From assembly GCA_020053945.1 (NCBI GenBank), contig JAGVME010000032.1, forward strand, positions 1 to 46,404: a DNA stretch of 46,404 nucleotides, read 5' to 3'. This DNA comes from Gammaproteobacteria bacterium. Its GTDB lineage: Bacteria > Pseudomonadota > Gammaproteobacteria > Ga0077554 > Ga007554. Shown in pieces: positions 1-8,053 of the stretch (within the stretch, counting starts at the first letter, position 1; the number at the start of each line of letters is the position of its first letter). The translations under genes and the position numbers were made by a program. Under the pieces are notes generated by a model. The model ran no database searches. It was given only the letters and a program-made list of their open reading frames with translations, and had not been told where the DNA came from.

Positions 1-50
1 AAGCTGCTGATCAAGTAGTCTGTGTATAGTTCAAGGTTTTGTTTGTCCAT
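1..50 (-). CDS. Transposase N-terminus (partial)
   Basis: Manual translation MDKQNLELYTDYLISS; too short for the ORF track. Confidence 0.65.
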   Translation of the reverse strand, partial: MDKQNLELYTDYLISS

Positions 51-96
51 AGGCTTTAGTATGCCATCATCAGTGAGGGGGGCTGCGTAACATCAG
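1..96 (-). mobile_element. Left end of an IS701-family-like insertion sequence (partial, runs off the window)
   Basis: The minus strand reads CTGATGTTACGCAG (terminal-repeat-like, 96-83), then an ATG at 50 encoding MDKQNLELYTDYLISS, which I recognise as resembling IS701-family transposase N-termini. It abuts the truncated hydrolase gene. Confidence 0.7.
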
Positions 97-803
97 TTAC
101 TTACAAAGCGGGCGATACGACGCTGAAAGGTTATCTGGTCTACGACAACAGCATTGCGGGCAAGCGCCCGGCGGTATTGGTGGTGCATGAGTGGTGGGGA
201 CAGAATGAATATGCCCGCAAACGCGTGCGGATGCTCGCTGAACTGGGCTATACAGCGCTGGCGGTGGATATGTATGGGGATGGCAAGCAAGCCGACCACC
301 CAGAACATGCAGGCAAGTTCGCGGGTGAGGTAATGAAAAATAGGGAGATAGCCACGGCGCGCTTCCAGGCGGGAAGGCGCATACTCCAAGAACATGCCAC
401 CGTAAACCCAGAAAAAATTGCCGCGATCGGTTACTGTTTCGGCGGCACTATTGTGCTGGAAATGGCGCGGCTGGGAACCGATGTAAATGGCGTAGTGAGC
501 TTTCACGGTAGCCTGGGCACCGCTCATCCCGCTCAGCCGGGGAGCGTCAAGACCAAGGTATTGGTGCTTAACGGTGCCGCTGACCCCTTTGTGCCAGCGG
601 AGCAGATTGCGCAATTCAAGAAAGAAATGGATGGCGCGGGCGTGGATTATAAATTCATCTCCTATGAAAGGGCAAAACACGCATTCACCAACCCGGAGGC
701 TGATACGTTCGGCAAAAAATTTAACATGCCCCTTGAATATAATGCCCGGGCTGACGAACAATCTTGGGCGGAAATGCAACGATTCTTCAAGAAAATATTC
801 TGA
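96..803 (+). pseudogene. Dienelactone hydrolase family protein, 5'-truncated
   Basis: HEWWG, GYCFGG nucleophile motif and HAFTNP are present. Homology extends upstream of 177 (VTYKAGDTTLKGYLVYD) to about 96, but there is no in-frame ATG before the TAG at 57-59. Confidence 0.75.
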
Positions 804-816
804 GTCTTTTTTAATT

Positions 817-846
817 GTGGGGAGGGAGAAGGCCCCCCTCCCCACC
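817..846. repeat. GC-rich palindrome, possible terminator or REP-like element
   Basis: gtggggaggg ... ccctccccac inverted repeat just after the hydrolase stop. Confidence 0.5.
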
Positions 847-963
847 CATTCCCCAACCAGGAGTGGGAATTATTACTCGCTGATTAAAAAACAATCTCCC
901 CTCCCCCTTCGCCCGCGTGGCGTAAGCCGACCAATCTCAAGTTTGAGTCGCGTGTGTCGTTAT

Positions 964-1001
964 CCCCTGTGTCCGCAACATTCGATTCCACGACACAGGG
1001 G
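964..1001 (+). promoter_or_regulatory. Hairpin overlapping the mshE ribosome-binding site
   Basis: cccctgtgtc (964-973) pairs with gacacagggg (992-1001); ATG at 1007. Confidence 0.4.
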
Positions 1002-1006
1002 TGCTT

Positions 1007-2710
1007 ATGCCACGGCCAAAAACGGTCCGACTCGGTGAAATTCTGGTACAGCAAGGGCTGCTGTCCGAAGAGCAGGTGTCGCTTGCGATTGCCGAACAAA
1101 AACGCTCTGGGCGCAAACTGGGGCGGATTTTTGTCGAAAATGGTTTTGTCACGGAAGAGGCTATCTCCGGGGCGTTGGCCAAGCAGTTGGATATCCCCTA
1201 CATCAATCTCAAACAATACAACGTCAATCCCGAGTTAGTACGCCTGCTGCCTGAAACCCAAGCGCGGCGGTTTCGCGCCATGGTAATGGAAGACCGGGGC
1301 GCGTCGCTGTTAATTGGCATGGCGAACCCCACCGATCTGTCCGCCTACGATGAGATTGCGCGCCTGATGAAGAAGGCAGTTGATCTTGCGGTGGTGAACG
1401 AAGGCGAGCTGCTGCAGACCATTGACCGCATGTACCGCCGCACGGGTGAAATCACTGACTTCGCGCGTGAGCTGGAGCAAGATCTGGGCGATACGGTGAT
1501 GGATTTTGGCGGCCTAGGAGTGGCGCCTGGCCAGGAAGAAGCGCCCGTTGTTAAATTACTGCAATCGGTGTTTGAGGATGCCACCCAGGTGCGCGCCTCC
1601 GACATCCACATCGAGCCGCAGGAAGGCAAACTGCACATCCGTTTCCGCATTGATGGCATGATGCATCTGCAAACCGAATCCGATATGAAAATTGCACCGG
1701 CGCTGGCGTTGCGCCTCAAGTTGATGTCATCTCTCGATATCTCTGAAAAACGGCTGCCGCAAGATGGCCGTTTCGTCATCAACGTAAAGCAGCAGAAAAT
1801 TGACGTGCGTATTTCCACCATGCCGACACAACACGGCGAATCCATTGTGATGCGGCTGTTAAACCAGAGTGGCGGCGCCCTCAGGCTGGATTCGATTGGC
1901 ATGCCCAAAGGTATGGTTGAACGGTTCCGCGCCATTATCCGGCGCCCCAATGGCCTGGTATTGGTGACGGGGCCGACGGGTAGCGGCAAGACCACGACGT
2001 TGTACGGCGCGCTGTCTGAGCTTAATACCCGCGAAAGAAAACTCATCACCGTGGAAGACCCCGTGGAATACCGCCTACCGGGAATTAACCAGGTACAGGT
2101 CAACGACAAAATTGAACTTACATTTGCCCGCGTGCTACGCGCGGCATTGCGCCAAGATCCGGATGTGGTGCTGGTGGGCGAAATGCGCGACCAGGAAACC
2201 GCGCAGATCGGCATGCGGGCCGCGATGACGGGGCATCTGGTGCTTTCTACTTTGCATACCAATGATGCGGCGAGCACGCCGATCCGCTTACTGGACATGG
2301 GCGTGCCGCGCTATATGGTGGCTACGTCCATCCAGGCGGTGCTGGCGCAACGGTTGGTACGCAGGATATGCGAAAGCTGCCATGAAGACCATCCGTTGAA
2401 GCCTAATGAACACCAATGGCTGAAAGCGGAACTAAAAGATGCCGTGGATACAGCCAAATTCTTCCATGGGCGTGGCTGTACCCATTGCAATGGCACGGGT
2501 TACCACGGCCGCACGGGGGTATACGAAATGCTTGAAATAACTGAAGCGGTGGCGGATGCCGCCAACCATCCTGATCCCGCGCATTTCCTCAAAGCCGCCC
2601 ATGCCCAAATGGCGGGGGAGACCTTGCGCAGGCATGCAGTCGCCTTGGCAATAGCGGGAAAAACTACCGTGAGCGAAGCGATGCGCATCAGCAACCAGTT
2701 TGAAGATTAA
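1007..2710 (+). CDS. mshE: MSHA pilus assembly ATPase (GspE/PilB family) with MshEN c-di-GMP-binding N-terminus
   Basis: Tandem RLGxxL...Q motif, Walker A GPTGSGKTT, LRQDPD, CxxC zinc motifs; msh context. Confidence 0.93.
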   Translation: MPRPKTVRLGEILVQQGLLSEEQVSLAIAEQKRSGRKLGRIFVENGFVTEEAISGALAKQLDIPYINLKQYNVNPELVRLLPETQARRFRAMVMEDRGASLLIGMANPTDLSAYDEIARLMKKAVDLAVVNEGELLQTIDRMYRRTGEITDFARELEQDLGDTVMDFGGLGVAPGQEEAPVVKLLQSVFEDATQVRASDIHIEPQEGKLHIRFRIDGMMHLQTESDMKIAPALALRLKLMSSLDISEKRLPQDGRFVINVKQQKIDVRISTMPTQHGESIVMRLLNQSGGALRLDSIGMPKGMVERFRAIIRRPNGLVLVTGPTGSGKTTTLYGALSELNTRERKLITVEDPVEYRLPGINQVQVNDKIELTFARVLRAALRQDPDVVLVGEMRDQETAQIGMRAAMTGHLVLSTLHTNDAASTPIRLLDMGVPRYMVATSIQAVLAQRLVRRICESCHEDHPLKPNEHQWLKAELKDAVDTAKFFHGRGCTHCNGTGYHGRTGVYEMLEITEAVADAANHPDPAHFLKAAHAQMAGETLRRHAVALAIAGKTTVSEAMRISNQFED

Positions 2711-2715
2711 AAAGA

Positions 2716-3951
2716 ATGCCATTTTTTGCTTATAAAGCCAGAAACGCCCAGGGCGCATTAGTGGAAGGTGTGCTGGAAGATGCGGATAGCGGCGGCGTGG
2801 CAAATCAGCTTTTTACTAACGGCGTCACGCCGATTGAAATTGTCCTGACCAAAAAAACTGTCAAAGGCGATGGCATCGGGCAGGGATGGTGGGAAAAGTT
2901 TTCGGCAGAAAAAGTACGCTCCATTGACGTGCAGCTTTTCAGCCGCCAAATTTATACGCTGCTTAAAGCGGGCGTACCTATCATGCGCGGGCTGGCGGGC
3001 TTACAGGAATCCGCCATCAACAAATCTTTTGCGAAAATCCTGCAGGATGTCCGCGAATCGCTGGAATCGGGACGTGAGCTTTCCGCGGCCATGCATCGCC
3101 ACCCCGAGGTGTTTTCCCATTTTTATATCAGCATGGTACGGGTTGGAGAAATGACGGGGAAAATGGATGAAATTTTTCTGCGTCTGTTTGATCATCTCGA
3201 ATTTGAGCGCGACATGCGTGAACGGGTACGCACAGCATTACGCTACCCGATGTTTGTGGTGATTGCCATGGCGATAGCCATGCTGGTGATTAACCTGTTT
3301 GTGATTCCGGCGTTTGCCAAAGTGTATGCAGGCTTTAATGCCGAATTGCCGTTGATGACAAAAATACTTATCGCTAGCTCTAATTTTACAGTTAATTTCT
3401 GGCCGCTGCTGTTGGTAATGGCCGTAGGTGGCACGATTGCCTTCAAGACATATATAGCCACAGCCCAGGGCGCGTACCGCTGGGATAAATTCAAAATGCG
3501 TATTCCGATTGTGGGGAAAATAATTTTAAAGGGCACCATGGCACGCTTTGCCCGCAGTTTCGCCCTCGCCAGCCGTAGCGGCGTGCCCATCGTGCAAGCC
3601 CTTAAAGTTGTGGCAAAAACGGTCGATAACAAATACATAGAAAGTTGCGTGGAACAGATTCGTGACGGCGTCGAACGCGGCGAGAGCATTTTGCGCACGT
3701 CCGTAGCCACTGGTGTGTTTACCCCGGTAGTGCTGCAAATGATTGCGGTGGGCGAGGAAACCGGGGAAATGGATAACCTCATGGAAGAAATCGCCAGCAT
3801 GTATGAACGCGAAGTTGATTACGAGTTGAAAACGCTGTCATCACAAATTGAACCGATCCTGATTGTCGGGCTGGGAATTTTAGTGCTGATTCTGGCATTG
3901 GGTGTGTTCCTGCCGATCTGGGACTTGGGCAAGGCGGCGATGCATAAGTGA
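2716..3951 (+). CDS. mshG: MSHA inner-membrane platform protein (GspF/PilC family)
   Basis: Two T2SSF repeats, QMIAVGEETG motif; follows mshE. Confidence 0.92.
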   Translation: MPFFAYKARNAQGALVEGVLEDADSGGVANQLFTNGVTPIEIVLTKKTVKGDGIGQGWWEKFSAEKVRSIDVQLFSRQIYTLLKAGVPIMRGLAGLQESAINKSFAKILQDVRESLESGRELSAAMHRHPEVFSHFYISMVRVGEMTGKMDEIFLRLFDHLEFERDMRERVRTALRYPMFVVIAMAIAMLVINLFVIPAFAKVYAGFNAELPLMTKILIASSNFTVNFWPLLLVMAVGGTIAFKTYIATAQGAYRWDKFKMRIPIVGKIILKGTMARFARSFALASRSGVPIVQALKVVAKTVDNKYIESCVEQIRDGVERGESILRTSVATGVFTPVVLQMIAVGEETGEMDNLMEEIASMYEREVDYELKTLSSQIEPILIVGLGILVLILALGVFLPIWDLGKAAMHK

Positions 3952-3954
3952 TGT

Positions 3955-4497
3955 ATGCAAAGACAGCGTGGGTTTACTCTTTATAGAAACGGCTTCACCT
4001 TGCTCGAACTGGTGGTGATGATAGCAGTAATCAGCGTGCTGGCAATCATTTTGTTAAATCGGCTTTGGTACTATCAAGAAGTCGCCGAAAAGACCGCTAT
4101 GGAAATGACGGTAATGAATATGCGCAGCGGCTTGCGGTTACGCATCGCTGACTTGATGACGCAAGACCGGATGGGCGAGGCCGCGCAACTGGCCCAGGAA
4201 AACCCAATTAATTGGCTAGAAAATCCGCCACCGAATTATATGGGGGAGTTGAACAATCCCAAGCAGGGCGCCCTTATGCCGGGGAGTTGGTATTTTGATA
4301 CGGGGCAACAGGAGCTGGTGTATCTGTTGCAGCATAACAGATTTTTAAAGCCTGGCATGGGTGAAAACCTGGAGGGGAAAAATGCCCTTCGTTTCCACGT
4401 AATTGCAGTGGGGAACCCACGGAAAAATGGGAACGGCACTGTACATAAAATAGAGGGCATCACCTTGGTGCCGGTTACACAGTATCACTGGTTTTAG
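3955..4497 (+). CDS. MshF-like prepilin-type protein
   Basis: GFTLLEL N-methylation motif; position after mshG. Confidence 0.7.
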   Translation: MQRQRGFTLYRNGFTLLELVVMIAVISVLAIILLNRLWYYQEVAEKTAMEMTVMNMRSGLRLRIADLMTQDRMGEAAQLAQENPINWLENPPPNYMGELNNPKQGALMPGSWYFDTGQQELVYLLQHNRFLKPGMGENLEGKNALRFHVIAVGNPRKNGNGTVHKIEGITLVPVTQYHWF

Positions 4498-4528
4498 AAT
4501 TTAGCATTTATATTTAAGGAGCAAAAGG

Positions 4529-5005
4529 ATGCGCAACAAACAACACGGTTTCACTTTAATCGAACTGGTCATCGTCATATCCATCATTGGAATTTTGGCT
4601 GCGGTGGCCTTGCCACGGTTCATTAATTTGCAAGTCCAGGCGCGCACGGCCAAGGTGCAGGCTATTTTTGGCTCTATTAAATCAGCCGCCGCTCTTGCCC
4701 GCGCCAATTGCATAGTCGATCTGGCCGGACTTACCTTACCAGCCACCTGCACAGCAACAGCAGGAACCACCAATATGGACGGCACGGCCGTGACTATGGT
4801 CAATCAATACCCCGCAGCAACGGCTGCGGGAATCATTGCGGCGGCACAATTGAATGCGGCTACAGATGGGATCACCATTACAGCGGGCAATCCGATCCTG
4901 ATTGATGTCAATGGAGGCACCTCACCTAACTGCCGCATTTCATATACAGCCGCAACCGCAGGCCCCATTACTCCGGCCATTACATTAACCACTACGGGGT
5001 GTTAG
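4529..5005 (+). CDS. MSHA type IVa pilin (MshB/MshA-like)
   Basis: [25 protein letters not shown], paired Cys, RBS aagga. Confidence 0.85.
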   Translation: MRNKQHGFTLIELVIVISIIGILAAVALPRFINLQVQARTAKVQAIFGSIKSAAALARANCIVDLAGLTLPATCTATAGTTNMDGTAVTMVNQYPAATAAGIIAAAQLNAATDGITITAGNPILIDVNGGTSPNCRISYTAATAGPITPAITLTTTGC

Positions 5006-5096
5006 AAGAATGTGACGGCACTAAAGGTAAAGTTAAATAAGAGTTCTTAATTGTATACCATACATAGTAATTTTTTTATTAGTCAGGAGATAAGTC

Positions 5097-5546
5097 ATGC
5101 GTAATGAACAGAAAGGTTTTACTTTAATTGAGTTAGTGGTGGTGATCGTCATTCTCGGAATACTAGCCGCTGTGGCAGTGCCGAAGTTCGTAGACTTGAG
5201 TGGTGAAGCACGCTTGGCGACGACTCAAGGGGTAGCAGGTGCTCTAGCCTCTGGCAGCGTTACTAACTATGCCGCTGATCTCGCAAAAGGTCAGGCTCAA
5301 GGGGCAACATTGGCTTCTGCAACCGCAAAAACAGGGATCGCTGATACATCGGGCGGATGCACCCCCACTGTAGCCACATCCCTGATGCAGGCAGGTGGCG
5401 TCACTTTTGCTGCTTCTGGTGCGGGTACTTATAATGTGAGCGGCGGTACTGCCCCAACAACCGTAGGCGCAACTACTACCTGCACCGTGACCAACAACGA
5501 TGACACAACCAAAACAGCGACTTTTTCTTTGCTAGGAGCAAAATAA
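5097..5546 (+). CDS. mshA: MSHA type IVa pilin, probable major pilin
   Basis: [25 protein letters not shown]; AT-rich upstream region, RBS aggag, downstream stem-loop. Confidence 0.75.
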   Translation: MRNEQKGFTLIELVVVIVILGILAAVAVPKFVDLSGEARLATTQGVAGALASGSVTNYAADLAKGQAQGATLASATAKTGIADTSGGCTPTVATSLMQAGGVTFAASGAGTYNVSGGTAPTTVGATTTCTVTNNDDTTKTATFSLLGAK

Positions 5547-5591
5547 TCACATCTTCGAGGTAGTTTACCAGCCTCGTGAAAATGTGATTTT
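5545..5591 (+). terminator. Stem-loop after the pilin gene (terminator, attenuator or mRNA stabiliser)
   Basis: aatcacat..cgagg pairs with cctcg..atgtgatt, followed by T residues. Confidence 0.45.
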
Positions 5592-5619
5592 ACATGCAAA
5601 CTTCTGAAGGTAGTGGGCG

Positions 5620-6108
5620 ATGATTGACCAGAGCTTTCCACTACCCAAAGGTGAGCATGGCTTTACCCTCATCGAGCTGATTGTGGTAATGATGATCATC
5701 GGCATTCTTGCGGTAGCCGCGCTGCCGCGATTTGTTGATAACCAGTCATTTCATACCCGCGGGTTTTATGATGAGACATTGGCGGCGCTGCGTTACGCAC
5801 AGAAAGCCGCCATTGCCCAACGCCGTAACGTATGTGTAACCCTCACCTCCACCACGGTGACGCTTACGATTGCCAATGCGGCGGGGAATGCTGCACCGTG
5901 CAATACCCCACTTTCGAGTCCCACAGGGGTCGCTCCTTTTTTAGTGAGCGCCCGTCCGGGCATTAATTTTTCCGGCGTGTTTTCCAATTTCAGTTTTAAT
6001 GCGTTGGGTAAACCCAATCCCGATACGGCGGTATCACTGAACATTGTGGGTGACGGCACAGCACGGACGATTACGGTGGAGCGGGAAACGGGTTATGTCC
6101 ATTCTTAG
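5620..6108 (+). CDS. mshC: MSHA minor pilin MshC
   Basis: GFTLIEL, LRYAQKxAIA, C-terminal ETGYVH. Confidence 0.8.
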   Translation: MIDQSFPLPKGEHGFTLIELIVVMMIIGILAVAALPRFVDNQSFHTRGFYDETLAALRYAQKAAIAQRRNVCVTLTSTTVTLTIANAAGNAAPCNTPLSSPTGVAPFLVSARPGINFSGVFSNFSFNALGKPNPDTAVSLNIVGDGTARTITVERETGYVHS

Positions 6109-6125
6109 CGCTTTTCTGTGTTTCC

Positions 6126-6190
6126 TGTCATCTCGACCGCAGGGAGAGACCTTAATAATCTTAAGATCTCTCCCTGCGGTCGAGATGACA
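6126..6190. repeat. Perfect 24-bp inverted repeat (REP/MITE-like)
   Basis: tgtcatctcgaccgcagggagaga (6126-6149) and its exact reverse complement (6167-6190). Confidence 0.85.
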
Positions 6191-6209
6191 ATTAAATAGA
6201 TCGTTTCTT

Positions 6210-6794
6210 ATGAAACACACTACCAGAAAAAACGGATACAAACAGGCAGGGATTTCCCTGATTGAACTGGTGATGTTCATTTTGATTGTTAGCGTGGGTA
6301 TAGTCGGCATCCTGTCAGTGATGGACATTACGACCAAAGCCAGTGCGGACCCGATGCTGCGTAAACAAGCGTTGTCTATCGCTGAATCTTTACTCGAAGA
6401 AATCCAATTACAACCCTTCACCTTCTGTGACCCAGACGATGCAAATGCGGCGACCGCAACCAGTACCGCAGGCTGCGCAACAACCGCAGAAGTGGCGCCG
6501 TTGGGGCCGGAAGCGGGTGAAACGCGCTATGCGGCACCCCTGTTTGACAATGTGAATGACTATCACAACTTTAGCTTGCCTGCGCCGCCCGGCATCCGTG
6601 ATATTACGGGTGCAAATATTAGTGGGCTTGCGGGATATTCTGCCACTGTCACCGTCGCTGAAATCCCCTTGGGCGCCATTCCAGCGGCAGCATCCCTGTT
6701 TATTACCGTTACTGTCACCCCGCCCTCAGGGGCTGCCGATAATGTGATGCTCAGTGGGTATCGCACGCGCTATGCGCCCAGGGCCGTGCCATGA
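6210..6794 (+). CDS. mshD: MSHA minor pilin MshD
   Basis: GISLIEL, SADP..KQALSIAESLLEEI, FDNVNDY, GYRTRY. Confidence 0.85.
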   Translation: MKHTTRKNGYKQAGISLIELVMFILIVSVGIVGILSVMDITTKASADPMLRKQALSIAESLLEEIQLQPFTFCDPDDANAATATSTAGCATTAEVAPLGPEAGETRYAAPLFDNVNDYHNFSLPAPPGIRDITGANISGLAGYSATVTVAEIPLGAIPAAASLFITVTVTPPSGAADNVMLSGYRTRYAPRAVP

Positions 6795-7597
6795 CACCCC
6801 CTACTATGATAAAGCAAAAAATAAGCGTCCAAAAAGGATTCACGTTGATAGAAGCGGTGATGGTGATCACCATCACCGGCATCATCGCATCAATGGTGGC
6901 GGTATTTATTGCGTCCCCCGTCAAAGGGTATTTCGATAGCGCGCGGCGCGCGGAATTGAGCGACACCGCCGATACGGCGATTCGGCGGATTTCGCGGGAT
7001 GTGCATTTAGCCTTGCCCAACAGCGTGCGGATAGCAAGCCCCCAGGTAATGGAATTCCTGCAAACCCGCACCGGTGGCCGTTATCGGACCGATGGCATTG
7101 ATGGGCTGGATTTTACCAATCCCACCGATACAACCTTTGATGTGCTGGGCCCGGCTGTTACATTGATTGCGGGCGATCAAATTGTGATTTACAACCTGGG
7201 GATTCCTGGCGCAGATGCTTATGTTGGCAATAATCGGCGCGCATATAACGGTGCGGGAGGCAGCGTAACCAACGTACCGATTATTTCAACCAGCGCCTTC
7301 CCGCTTGATTCCCCCGGCCATCGCTTTCAAGTCGTGGATACGCCGGTAACCTATATTTGTGACATACCTGCGGGTACTTTGACGCGCTACTGGGGCTATA
7401 CCATCGTCGATCCTCAGCCTAATCCTCCCTCAGGAGGTAACAATGCGCTGCTGGCAAAGAACGTGAGTAATTGTACTTTCACCTACACACAAGGCGTCAC
7501 CGAACGCAGTGGTCTGGTTTCGATACAGCTTGCGATCACGCAAGACAATGAAACAGTGAACCTTTACCATGCGGTGCAAGTCAGCAATGTGCCCTGA
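6791..7597 (+). CDS. mshO: MSHA minor pilin MshO
   Basis: GFTLIE, ALPNSVR, C-terminal VSNVP. Confidence 0.85.
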   Translation: MTPPTMIKQKISVQKGFTLIEAVMVITITGIIASMVAVFIASPVKGYFDSARRAELSDTADTAIRRISRDVHLALPNSVRIASPQVMEFLQTRTGGRYRTDGIDGLDFTNPTDTTFDVLGPAVTLIAGDQIVIYNLGIPGADAYVGNNRRAYNGAGGSVTNVPIISTSAFPLDSPGHRFQVVDTPVTYICDIPAGTLTRYWGYTIVDPQPNPPSGGNNALLAKNVSNCTFTYTQGVTERSGLVSIQLAITQDNETVNLYHAVQVSNVP

Positions 7598-8033
7598 ACC
7601 GCCGCATACCATCCGACACTACCGTGGCCACTCGGGTGGATTTGCCATCGTTTCCGCTATTTTCCTGTTGGTGATATTAACCTCCCTGGGCGCGTTCATG
7701 GTTACCTTTTCCACCGCACAACACGCCACCTCGGCCCAGGATGTGATCGGCACCCGCGCCGCGCAGGCTGCACGCGCGGGAATCGAGTGGGGTAGCTATC
7801 AGGTGCTGACCCCTGTTGCTGCGCCTGCTGCAGCCGCATGCACCATTAACCCATTAGCGCTGGCAGGGAATCTGGCAGGCTTAACCGTCGTTGTCGCATG
7901 CACCGCCTCGGGGCCATTTGTTGAAAATGGAAACTCAATAACTATTTATAACATTACTTCCACAGCGAGCTCTGGCACGGTGGGCAGTATCACGTATGTG
8001 GAACGGCAATTTCAGGCGACCCTTAGCCGGTAA
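7587..8033 (+). CDS. mshP: MSHA minor pilin MshP
   Basis: GFAIVSAIFLLVIL, AARAGIEWG, YVERQ; start codon uncertain. Confidence 0.8.
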   Translation: MCPEPPHTIRHYRGHSGGFAIVSAIFLLVILTSLGAFMVTFSTAQHATSAQDVIGTRAAQAARAGIEWGSYQVLTPVAAPAAAACTINPLALAGNLAGLTVVVACTASGPFVENGNSITIYNITSTASSGTVGSITYVERQFQATLSR

Positions 8034-8053
8034 TCAGGCGCAGAGGAGCCACT

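Noticed and set aside
83-96. GATGTTACGCAGC match to class 1 integron attI1
   Set aside because: The match is short, the rest of attI1 is absent, and an IS terminal repeat followed by a transposase start explains it better
93-2298. Long antisense ORFs (93-845, 1345-2298) and similar shadow ORFs throughout
   Set aside because: They lie opposite well-supported genes and have no recognisable motifs
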